Shown here piece by piece: positions 47,104 through 55,203 of a stretch of DNA of 64,000 nucleotides; the first letter of the stretch is position 1, and every line of letters starts with the position of its first letter. The DNA is from Candidatus Latescibacterota bacterium. Its GTDB lineage: Bacteria > Latescibacterota > UBA2968 > UBA8231. The notes under the pieces were generated by a model. That model was not told the origin of the DNA, searched no databases, and worked only from the letters and a program-made list of their open reading frames with translations. The stretch is from assembly GCA_965203355.1 (NCBI GenBank), contig OZ241889.1:224001-288000 (forward strand). The letters are read 5' to 3'. Position numbers and translations under genes: made by a program.

Positions 47104-47882
47104 TTCAGCTTTCCTCTAGCCCTCACCCCCGGCGGCATAAAAAACTCGTACTGCTCCGGCGTGCCGTAGCCTTCCATCTCCGTCAGCCGCACCCCGGTGC
47201 TGTTGAGCGCCGCCTCGACGATCCGCTTGTTAAAGGTGCTGACGTTTTCCTCGGCCAGATAGTCGCCCACCGGCATCCACAGACACTCGGCAATCTCGTC
47301 CTCTTGGATGCTAATCTCCGTGCTCAGAGGGCGCAGGCGGCAGACGAAGTAAATATCCGACTTGCCATAGCGGTAGCCGTGCCAGTGGCGAAAGCAGACC
47401 AGCGCGTCGAACTCGGTCTCGACTCCGGTCTCTTCGGAGACTTCGCGCACCACGGCTTCGGCCAAGTGCTCGCCCGCGTGGAGCGCACCCCCGGGCAACT
47501 TGTAGCGCGGCGGGCCGGGCGCACGTCGATGGTACTTTTCGCTGACCACTAGCAGTTCCCGCGCCTCGTTGAGCACCACGCCGCCCGCGCCGATATAGTG
47601 CGAAGCGTGGGCCGGCACATAAGCACCTTCTTCGAGTTGCAAGGTCATCATTAGATAGCCATCGCCGCTGTGGTGGAATGTAAAACCGACTTCCGCCGCT
47701 ACCGGGATCAACGCCGCCTTGGCAATCGGCACTTCCAGCCAGACGACCCGGTAGCCTTCGCCTGCCCAAGCCGCCAGCGAAACGCGCAGCCGCTCGGCAA
47801 ACGCCGCCGGGTTTGGGTCGAGAGCCTCTGGTTTGGGAATGATGCCGCCGAATGGATTGGTTGTTGCCGCAATAGGTTCCAT
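47100..47882 (-). CDS. Nudix hydrolase (NUDT6-like, with N-terminal domain)
   Basis: SLAAW..EG.RVVWL, GFTFHH, HYIGAGG, LPGG...AVVREVSEETG, FRHWH; host-like high GC. Confidence 0.85.
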   Translation of the reverse strand: MEPIAATTNPFGGIIPKPEALDPNPAAFAERLRVSLAAWAGEGYRVVWLEVPIAKAALIPVAAEVGFTFHHSGDGYLMMTLQLEEGAYVPAHASHYIGAGGVVLNEARELLVVSEKYHRRAPGPPRYKLPGGALHAGEHLAEAVVREVSEETGVETEFDALVCFRHWHGYRYGKSDIYFVCRLRPLSTEISIQEDEIAECLWMPVGDYLAEENVSTFNKRIVEAALNSTGVRLTEMEGYGTPEQYEFFMPPGVRARGKLK

Positions 47883-48030
47883 AGCCCGCCTTCCGCAATG
47901 GCCGCTAGTGATAGCAAACCCCACTTGGCGTGTCAACCCGCCCAGCTTGGCCCGCTGCCAAACCGTACCCTCGGTGGAGAGCACCGCCTTAGCACCTTAT
48001 ATTGAGATATTCCACATAGAAAGGATCAAC

Positions 48031-49302
48031 ATGTCCGCAAAACTACCCCTCGCCATCGTCGGCTGCGGCGGCATGGGCCACCGCCATCTCTACGGCCTCG
48101 CCGAGTTGCAAAGTGCCGGCCTGTCGCCCTTTGAACTGGTGGGGGCCTGCGACCCCAATCTCGGCAATGCCCACTCGCTCGCCGACCAAGCCGAGGAGCG
48201 GCTGGGGACGCGACCCAAACCCGTCAAAGACCTCGCCGAATTGGCCGCGGTCGCCCCGGTCCAAGCCGTCGACATCACCACCCTACCAGCCCATCACCAC
48301 ACCGTGGCCATCGAGGCCATGGAGCGCGGCTGGCACGCGATGTGCGAAAAACCCATGGGACTTACGGCCCGCGCCTGCAAACAGATGATCGCCAAGACCC
48401 AAGAGACCGGATGCGTCCTCTCGGTAGCTGAAAACTACCGCCGCGACCCAGTAAACCGCCTCGCCAAGGCCCTGCTCAACGCGGGCGTCATTGGGCGTCC
48501 GCGCCTGATGCAGCAAATTGCCATAGGCGGCGGCGACCGCATGCTCATTTCCGTGTGGCGGCACCAGAAAAATGCCAGCGGGGTCCTGCTCGACGTGGGC
48601 GTTCACTTTGCCGACATCATGGAGTACTTCCTCGGGGCAGCCGACACAGCCTACGCCCAGACGCGCCTGCATGAGCCGATCCGCAAAAACCCCCTCGCGG
48701 GCCGCGCCAGCACCGGCAGCGGTTCGCCGGGCGGCGTCTATGAACGTTGGCAAAAAGACATGCCAGCCGAGTTTGAGGCCACCGCAGACGACGCGGCCTA
48801 CGCCACCATCCTCTTCAAAAGCGGCGCGGTCGCCCAGTACATCGAAGACCACGCCGCCCACGGCCAAAACCAGCAACAACGCTCCATCCACGGCAGCCTC
48901 GGCTCGCTGGACCTGCCCGGCGATCGCTCGGGCAACCGCCTCACACTCCATCTTGACGGCGCAGACCCCATCAGCGACCAAGCACTCCTCGATCTCGTGC
49001 CCGACCACCGCCTCGACGAAGTCACGGCCGCGCTCTTCGGCGGCGACCGGCTCTTCGAGTACCACCTTCCCTTTCCCGAGACCGACCGCAAGCTAATCGC
49101 CATCGAATACCACGAACTGGGCACCTGCATCCAGCAGGGGCGACAGCCCGAAGTCGACGCCCAGCAAGGCGCGCGCTCCGTGGGCCTGTCCTACAGCCTG
49201 ATGGAGTCGCAAGTCGCCGGCCGCGCGCTCTCGGTCGATGCGGTCTGCGACGACCAGATCAACGCTTACCAAGCCGAGATCAACGAGCATCTGGGGCTAT
49301 AG
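48031..49302 (+). CDS. Gfo/Idh/MocA family oxidoreductase
   Basis: AIVGCGGMG, CEKPMG, VAENYR, DVGVH. Confidence 0.88.
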   Translation: MSAKLPLAIVGCGGMGHRHLYGLAELQSAGLSPFELVGACDPNLGNAHSLADQAEERLGTRPKPVKDLAELAAVAPVQAVDITTLPAHHHTVAIEAMERGWHAMCEKPMGLTARACKQMIAKTQETGCVLSVAENYRRDPVNRLAKALLNAGVIGRPRLMQQIAIGGGDRMLISVWRHQKNASGVLLDVGVHFADIMEYFLGAADTAYAQTRLHEPIRKNPLAGRASTGSGSPGGVYERWQKDMPAEFEATADDAAYATILFKSGAVAQYIEDHAAHGQNQQQRSIHGSLGSLDLPGDRSGNRLTLHLDGADPISDQALLDLVPDHRLDEVTAALFGGDRLFEYHLPFPETDRKLIAIEYHELGTCIQQGRQPEVDAQQGARSVGLSYSLMESQVAGRALSVDAVCDDQINAYQAEINEHLGL

Positions 49303-49306
49303 GACG

Positions 49307-50107
49307 ATGGTCGCCATCCTCTGCCCTCGCTGCCACAAAATCGTCAGTGCCGAAGCCGAAACCTGCCCCCATTGCGGCCAGCGCAAACCCGGGCTGTGGG
49401 GCGCGACAGCTACCATGCGCAAGCTCGGCCTACAGTTAAACTTTCCGCACTTAATCACCGTGTTCTGCGGCGTGCTCTACCTGCTCGCGTTGGCCCTAGA
49501 TCCATCGGCGATTTTCCAGACGCAGGGCCTGATGCAGATTCTCGCGCCCAGCATCCAAGCCAGCTTCAAACTCGGCGTCACCGGCACCGTACCCATTTTC
49601 GCCTACAAATTCTGGTGGACGCCGATCACCGCCATCTACCTGCACGGCGGCCTGCTGCACATCTTCTTCAACATGATGTGGGTGCGCCAGCTCGGGCCGG
49701 TCGTGGAAGAGCTCTTCGGCCCCTTTCGCCTCTTTGCGATCTTTACGGTCGCCGGCATCACCGGCTTTATAGCCTCGACGCTAGCGGGCCACGAACTCAC
49801 GCTGGGAGCCTCCGGCTCGATCTTCGGCCTCTTGGCCGCGGCCATCGCCTACGGGCGGCGCGTCGGCTCTCAGCTTTTTACCCGGCAATTTCTCCAGTGG
49901 GCGGCCTTGCTTTTCGTCATGGGCTTTGTCATGCCCGGCGTCGATAACTGGGCGCACGGCGGCGGCTTCGTCGGCGGTTACGCAGTAGCGTATGTGTTCA
50001 GCCGCCACTCGGAGCGCGAGGGCTTGGGAGCCTATCTGATCGGCGGTTTGTGTATCCTGGGCACGGTCGGCGCGTTCGTCTTGCAGTTTATCGCCGTATT
50101 GCTGTAG
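49307..50107 (+). CDS. Rhomboid intramembrane serine protease with N-terminal zinc ribbon
   Basis: CPRC...CPHCG, HGGLLHIFFNM, GASG, NWAHGGG. Confidence 0.9.
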   Translation: MVAILCPRCHKIVSAEAETCPHCGQRKPGLWGATATMRKLGLQLNFPHLITVFCGVLYLLALALDPSAIFQTQGLMQILAPSIQASFKLGVTGTVPIFAYKFWWTPITAIYLHGGLLHIFFNMMWVRQLGPVVEELFGPFRLFAIFTVAGITGFIASTLAGHELTLGASGSIFGLLAAAIAYGRRVGSQLFTRQFLQWAALLFVMGFVMPGVDNWAHGGGFVGGYAVAYVFSRHSEREGLGAYLIGGLCILGTVGAFVLQFIAVLL

Positions 50108-50115
50108 CCGGCCTC

Positions 50116-50775
50116 ATGCCCGACGAACTCATCGCGCTCTTCGATGAGCAAGGCCGTCCCAGCGGCAGCAAAAGTCGCGCGGCTGTCAATGGAGACAGCG
50201 ACCGCGTCGGCTTGGTGTTCGTCTGGGCGGCTTGGCGCACGTCCGCCGGCATGGCCCGCACCCTATTGCAGACGCGCTCGCGCCCCGGCGACCCCTATCT
50301 CGGCAGCCTCGACGCGCCAGCCGGCGGCCACATCCGGGCCGGAGAAACGCCCACCGCAGCGGCCCACCGCGAATTCGCCGAAGAAGTCGGCATCGCGCTG
50401 ACGCCCGCCGAATTGGTTCTCCTCGGACAGCAACCACTTCAAGGCACCGGGCCCTCGGCCATGCAGTTTTTCTACCTCTGCACGCGGCCCATCTTGCTGG
50501 GAGAAACCGCATTCAACGAAGAAGTGGGGGCCTTCGTCGAAGTCGGGCTCGACGATTTCGCCGCTTTGATCGGCAAGCGAGTCGCGTCAATCCAAGGCCA
50601 AGCCCGCTACAAGGAAGCACCAAACGAAACAAGGCCCCGGGAAATTGCGCCCGCCGCCTTTGCCGCCTATTCCGCCCCGATCATGGACGCCTTCCGCCGT
50701 TCAGTCGGCGCAATCCGCGCCTATCTCGACGCCGGACCAGCCAACGCTACTACCTGGCCGCCTGCGACTGATTGA
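50116..50775 (+). CDS. Nudix / IPP-isomerase-like hydrolase
   Basis: LLQTRS, PAGGHIRAGETPTAAAHREFAEEVG. Confidence 0.75.
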   Translation: MPDELIALFDEQGRPSGSKSRAAVNGDSDRVGLVFVWAAWRTSAGMARTLLQTRSRPGDPYLGSLDAPAGGHIRAGETPTAAAHREFAEEVGIALTPAELVLLGQQPLQGTGPSAMQFFYLCTRPILLGETAFNEEVGAFVEVGLDDFAALIGKRVASIQGQARYKEAPNETRPREIAPAAFAAYSAPIMDAFRRSVGAIRAYLDAGPANATTWPPATD

Positions 50776-52198
50776 CGTAGCGCTCCAGACGCGCCAGCGC
50801 CTCGCCGCTATCCAGCGCCTCCCGCGCTTCGGCCAACCCCTCTTCCGCACTCGCACTTAGACCCAGATAGTAGTCGGTCAGGCCAGCGTTGAGTACTATG
50901 CGATCGCAAACAGGCCCGGGTTCGCCCTTGAGGGCCGCCACGCCCATAGCGGCAAAAGCCTGCGCACTCACCTCCGCCGGACGCGGACTTTGCTCGTAGC
51001 GAAAGCCGTAAGCCGCCGGATCCACATCGCAGCTAACCATCTCCCGCTGGCTCCCAACCCGGCGGAATCCCTGCACGTAATTGATCGCCTTGCGCCGAGC
51101 GTCCGAGGGCTTGCCCAATCGCAACCCATAGTGGCTGCTCCCCTCCTCGCCCTTGATCACCAACCCCGCGTCCAAGCCGCGTTCCTGCATCAGCCCCAAC
51201 AGTTTGTCCTCGTAGCCGGTGTGGTAAAAGCCCGCGACCATGCCGTTCCAAGCCGCGCCGGAAAACAACTGCTGTGCCTTCTCGGTGGTGGCCCAAGGCG
51301 GACGCTTGGCAATGTGGGTACGCAAATGGCGCAACGCGTACGCACGGGGAGCGTACTCGCGCTGACTCACATACGCGAACCCAATGGACGGGTCTTCAAT
51401 GCAGCGGGCCGCTGTCGCCAGCGGCAGATCGACCCGCGCCCCCAAGGCCGCTAGCACCCCCTCCTCGGTGACTCCGCGCTTGGGCGGCATTTCGGCGACG
51501 CTGTGCAGCACAGTCGCCCGGCCCAAGGCCGCGCGCACGGCCGCAACGAAAAGCGTCGGGCGAAAATAGCGGGCGGCGCCGTCAAAAGGCTGGCCAAAAT
51601 GCAGCAGCGAATCGACTTGGACCCGTGGCGATTCTTCCGGGCGATGCACCGCGTCGAGATGAGCGCGAACTTCTTCTTCATTTTCGATGTTCATCCGCTG
51701 GCCGATCAAGAACGCGGCCATCAGCGAGGGGCGCACTTGGCCTGCTAGCATGGCTTCGAGCGCACCGCGCACTTCTTCGTAGCGCAAGTGCCCACCCTGC
51801 AAAACCGGGCGCAGGGCCGCAACCACCTGCGCTTCACCCGCGTCGCAAGCCGCGAAATCAGGTGCTATCCCCAATAGGAAGCGCAAATCCTCGGGCATCT
51901 GCGCCAGCGCATCTCCGTAGCGGTCAAACGCCTCGATCTCGGCTGCGCTCCAACCGGTCTGTGCGCCGAAGGTGCGGCGGATGGACATGGCCGCGAAAAA
52001 CGAGCCCATCTGGGCCGGGGAAACCTGCTCTGCGCCAGGTAAGGCCCCCTTGAGGGAGGCAAAAATCAGCTCCAGAATCCGCTTAGGGTCTGGGTCGCCT
52101 TCTTTTTTGCCCAGCGGGCGACTCTGATGCGGCCCAGTACAGACGCGCACCTGCGCGTCCAACACTTCCTCGTTGGGGCCGGGATAGGGGTCGGGCAT
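50750..52198 (-). CDS. Anthranilate phosphoribosyltransferase-like (glycosyltransferase family 3) protein
   Basis: AAFLIGQR, PFDG..R, PPKRGVT, KRPPWATTEK, KGEEGS, IVLNAG; lacks the canonical TrpD GTGGD motif. Confidence 0.65.
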   Translation of the reverse strand: MPDPYPGPNEEVLDAQVRVCTGPHQSRPLGKKEGDPDPKRILELIFASLKGALPGAEQVSPAQMGSFFAAMSIRRTFGAQTGWSAAEIEAFDRYGDALAQMPEDLRFLLGIAPDFAACDAGEAQVVAALRPVLQGGHLRYEEVRGALEAMLAGQVRPSLMAAFLIGQRMNIENEEEVRAHLDAVHRPEESPRVQVDSLLHFGQPFDGAARYFRPTLFVAAVRAALGRATVLHSVAEMPPKRGVTEEGVLAALGARVDLPLATAARCIEDPSIGFAYVSQREYAPRAYALRHLRTHIAKRPPWATTEKAQQLFSGAAWNGMVAGFYHTGYEDKLLGLMQERGLDAGLVIKGEEGSSHYGLRLGKPSDARRKAINYVQGFRRVGSQREMVSCDVDPAAYGFRYEQSPRPAEVSAQAFAAMGVAALKGEPGPVCDRIVLNAGLTDYYLGLSASAEEGLAEAREALDSGEALARLERYVNQSQAAR

Positions 52199-52257
52199 GG
52201 GTTTTTAGGCTCCTGTCCGAGTCGAGCAATTCAACGCAGGCATTCGGGAATCGGCAA

Positions 52258-52316
52258 TCTTGGAAATTATTCCATGCCATATATGCGATATATAGCCGTC
52301 TTGGAAATTATTCCAT
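52258..52316. promoter_or_regulatory. Two identical 18-bp boxes, each containing a TGGAA-N4-TTCCA palindrome
   Basis: TCTTGGAAATTATTCCAT at 52258-52275 and 52299-52316 (41-bp period) in a divergent intergenic region. Confidence 0.65.
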
Positions 52317-52411
52317 ATATTTTTTGAGAGAAAGCCCGCTATACAACTTTTGGCGATTAGCATTCCGATCTGCAAAGACAACATTTTTCTTTCATAAAAA
52401 GAGAGACGCCC

Positions 52412-52618
52412 ATGAGTCTTATGCGATTTATCCGGTTGGCGTTGCACAGTCCCAAGGTTACAACTCGCACCGAGGAGGACAAACGCCTAGCCGACCGACG
52501 CATCGTTAGTCGCCTATCGAATGGCAATATTCGCTTGCAGCGCGGCGAGTACGTCACGCGAGAAGACATCGAGGAACAATATGAGCGTGTCAAGTCCTTC
52601 AACTTCGACGGAGAATGA
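52412..52618 (+). CDS. Small hypothetical protein
   Basis: 68-aa ORF with a GAGAG-like RBS; overlaps the downstream gene. Confidence 0.5.
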   Translation: MSLMRFIRLALHSPKVTTRTEEDKRLADRRIVSRLSNGNIRLQRGEYVTREDIEEQYERVKSFNFDGE

Positions 52619-53201
52619 TGCTCCTTATCGCATTGGCGACCTTCGCGCCCGATACGATACCGCAGATAAATTCGCACGCGAGGTCGCCGAGTTTCGATTC
52701 GAGATACCGATTCCCGCGTACAACGAGCTTCGATACGCAGGCTACCACCTTCTACAATCACTAGACGACAGCGGAGCCATTTCCAGCAACGAGCAATTAC
52801 GCAGAGCTATTTCTCATTGTGAAAGAGCGATGTACGAAGCCGCAGAGGCCGGCATAATCTCGGTGCTAGATTCGATAGATCAATTCCGAAAGGACTACAA
52901 GAATATCGTCGTCAAAGATGTCGTTGATAACTATGCCAGTATCGTCGTGCAGGCTCGAGATGCACAAGACCTACTCGCTCGTGGGCGGTCGGATCGACTA
53001 TCGTCGTCAGAGCGGGTTTCTTGTTACATGGAAACGTTTCGACAACTGCGTACCGCCAGCGCAACGCTCGAGGCTAGTCGCGACGATCTTAACGCCAAGC
53101 TATCCGAACAAGTAAGAGACAAAAGGCGATTCATTGTTCGCTGCCTGCTGATTCTGCTCGGAATTGCCGTTGCGGCAGCGGGTGTAGCGATCGGCGTGTA
53201 A
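52581..53201 (+). CDS. Hypothetical helical protein with RxxxxH-like motif and C-terminal TM helix
   Basis: RBS GAGGA before MSVSS; YNELRYAGYHL, AISHCERAMYE, coiled coil, C-terminal LLILLGIAVAAAGVAIGV. Confidence 0.65.
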   Translation: MSVSSPSTSTENDAPYRIGDLRARYDTADKFAREVAEFRFEIPIPAYNELRYAGYHLLQSLDDSGAISSNEQLRRAISHCERAMYEAAEAGIISVLDSIDQFRKDYKNIVVKDVVDNYASIVVQARDAQDLLARGRSDRLSSSERVSCYMETFRQLRTASATLEASRDDLNAKLSEQVRDKRRFIVRCLLILLGIAVAAAGVAIGV

Positions 53202-53285
53202 ATGGCCCTGAAGCCCGTGTTTTGAAACCGGCTGGCAGCCAACTTCCATCTCGAGCATCTACTCCCCCCTTACCCCTAGGAAATT

Positions 53286-53693
53286 ATGCGCTACTTGTCT
53301 TTTCTGTTTCCCATTGCAATCGCAGCTTGCGGCTCGCCTGAGCCAGTACCTCCGGCACTGCTCCACTACGTCGCGGCCCAAGAGGCTTTGGCCGCCGACG
53401 ATCTAGACCGAGCGCGCCAGGCCCTGCAAGACTTGGTGCAAAGCGCCAGCCCAACGCTCAAACCGCTGGCGGAAAAAGCCGCAAGGTCCGCCGATATTGC
53501 CGCAGTGCGCAGTGCGTTCAAGCCGCTGTCCGAACAAGTGCGAAAGGGTCAAATTCCCGAGGGCTACGTCGTGGCGTATTGCCCGATGGCCGACGAAAAT
53601 AAAGGGGCGCACTGGGTGCAGAAGGACCAGCCTCAAATCGCCAATCCATATTTCGGTGCTTCCATGCTCCGCTGCGGCGTCTTCAAGGAGTAG
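53286..53693 (+). CDS. DUF3347-like metal-binding lipoprotein
   Basis: Lipobox IAAC; YCPMA...GAHW, NPYFGASMLRCG. Confidence 0.75.
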   Translation: MRYLSFLFPIAIAACGSPEPVPPALLHYVAAQEALAADDLDRARQALQDLVQSASPTLKPLAEKAARSADIAAVRSAFKPLSEQVRKGQIPEGYVVAYCPMADENKGAHWVQKDQPQIANPYFGASMLRCGVFKE

Positions 53694-53705
53694 CCCGGCC
53701 CGCAC

Positions 53706-54443
53706 ATGATCCGCGTAGAATCCGTCACCCGCCGCTACGGCGTTTTGACCGCCGTCGACGAGGTCAGCTTTGCCGTTGACCAAGGCGAAATCGTCGGCTT
53801 CGTCGGCCCTAATGGCGCTGGCAAGAGCACCATGCTCAAAATGCTCTCCACCTTTATCCACCCCACGGCCGGCACCATCGCCATCGACGGACTTGACGTG
53901 GTGAAACATTCGCTCGCCGTGCGCCGCCGCATTGGCTACCTTTCGGGCGACACCCCGCTCTATCAAGAAATGCGCGTTGATAAGTTCCTCCACTTCATCG
54001 CTCGGGCCCGCGGACTCGAAGGCGACGCCTTGCAACAGGGTCTGGCGCACGCGGTCGAACTCTGCGGGATCAAAGACGTACTCACCCAGCGCGTCAAGGA
54101 GTGCTCCACCGGGTTCCGCCAGCGCATCGGCCTAGCGACCGCCATGGTCCACGATCCGCCGGTCTTGCTCCTCGACGAGCCAACGCACGGCTTCGACCCC
54201 TTGCAGGTCCTAGCGTTCCGCGATACCTTGCGCGGCCTCAGCTCAGACCGGGCGATCCTCTTTAGCACCCACATCATCGGCGATATCGAAGCCATTGCCG
54301 ACCGCGTGTTGATCATCCACCAAGGGCGCCTGCTCGGCGATGGGCGCGTTGAACAGTTGGCCGACGACGCTGGCATTCCCGGGGCTGGTCTCGAAGCCGT
54401 CTTCGCCCACCTAGTCCGCACCACGACCCCGGCCCATGCCTGA
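53706..54443 (+). CDS. ABC-2 transporter ATP-binding subunit (GldA-like)
   Basis: GPNGAGKST, CSTGFRQR, LLDEPTHGFDP, STHI. Confidence 0.88.
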   Translation: MIRVESVTRRYGVLTAVDEVSFAVDQGEIVGFVGPNGAGKSTMLKMLSTFIHPTAGTIAIDGLDVVKHSLAVRRRIGYLSGDTPLYQEMRVDKFLHFIARARGLEGDALQQGLAHAVELCGIKDVLTQRVKECSTGFRQRIGLATAMVHDPPVLLLDEPTHGFDPLQVLAFRDTLRGLSSDRAILFSTHIIGDIEAIADRVLIIHQGRLLGDGRVEQLADDAGIPGAGLEAVFAHLVRTTTPAHA

Positions 54444-55203
54444 CGCGCAACGCCTTTCTACTGCCGAGTGCCTGCGCGGCGCCCGCATTGTCTTCGACCG
54501 CGAGCTAGAGGCATACTTCGACTCGCCTATTGCCTATGCGTACGCCGCGGTCTTCTTGGTGCTGTCTTGCACCACTTTTATGAACTCCTTTTTTCTCGAT
54601 GGGGTCGTCGATATGGGGCCGTACTTCACCGCGCTGCCCTTCCTGCTGATTCCCTTCGTCCCAGCTATCACCATGCGCGCTTGGGCCGAGGAACATGCCC
54701 AGCACACCTTTGAACTGCTGATGACCTTGCCGCTGCACTCCTTGCAGGTCGTGCTGGGCAAATATGTCGCGGCCCTCTGCTTCTACGCGATCGTCCTCGT
54801 TGGTAGCCTACCTATCGTGCTGATGCTCCTCTTCCTCGGCGATCCCGATCTCGGACGCATCTGCGCCAGCTATCTCGGCGCCCTGCTGTTGGGTGCTTTC
54901 TTCCTGTCCTTCGGCCTGTTTGCCTCCGGCCTGACTCGCGACCAAATCGTGGCCTTTGTGATCGCCGCGCTCTTCGGCTTCTTCTTCGTGCTCAGCGGGC
55001 ACGAGAAAGTAGTAGAGGTCCTCGACGGACTCGCGCCGGCCTATCAGCCGGGCACCTATCTGTACGAGACCATCTCGGTCTTGCCCCACTACGAGGCTTT
55101 TGGCCGCGGCGTAATCGCGCTCGCCGACCTGCTGTACTTCGCATTGATGAGCGGGTTTTTCGTCTCGATGAACTATCTCAGCCTCCAGCGGTCCAAGTAT
55201 TGA
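54436..55203 (+). CDS. ABC-2 permease (GldF-like)
   Basis: ELEAYFDSPIAY, PAITMRAWAEE, ELLMTLP, VVLGKY, TRDQIVAF. Confidence 0.85.
   Translation: MPDAQRLSTAECLRGARIVFDRELEAYFDSPIAYAYAAVFLVLSCTTFMNSFFLDGVVDMGPYFTALPFLLIPFVPAITMRAWAEEHAQHTFELLMTLPLHSLQVVLGKYVAALCFYAIVLVGSLPIVLMLLFLGDPDLGRICASYLGALLLGAFFLSFGLFASGLTRDQIVAFVIAALFGFFFVLSGHEKVVEVLDGLAPAYQPGTYLYETISVLPHYEAFGRGVIALADLLYFALMSGFFVSMNYLSLQRSKY

Noticed and set aside
50750-52198. Calling this gene trpD
   Set aside because: It lacks the canonical GTGGD PRPP-binding motif and has no trp context, so only a family-level call is supported.
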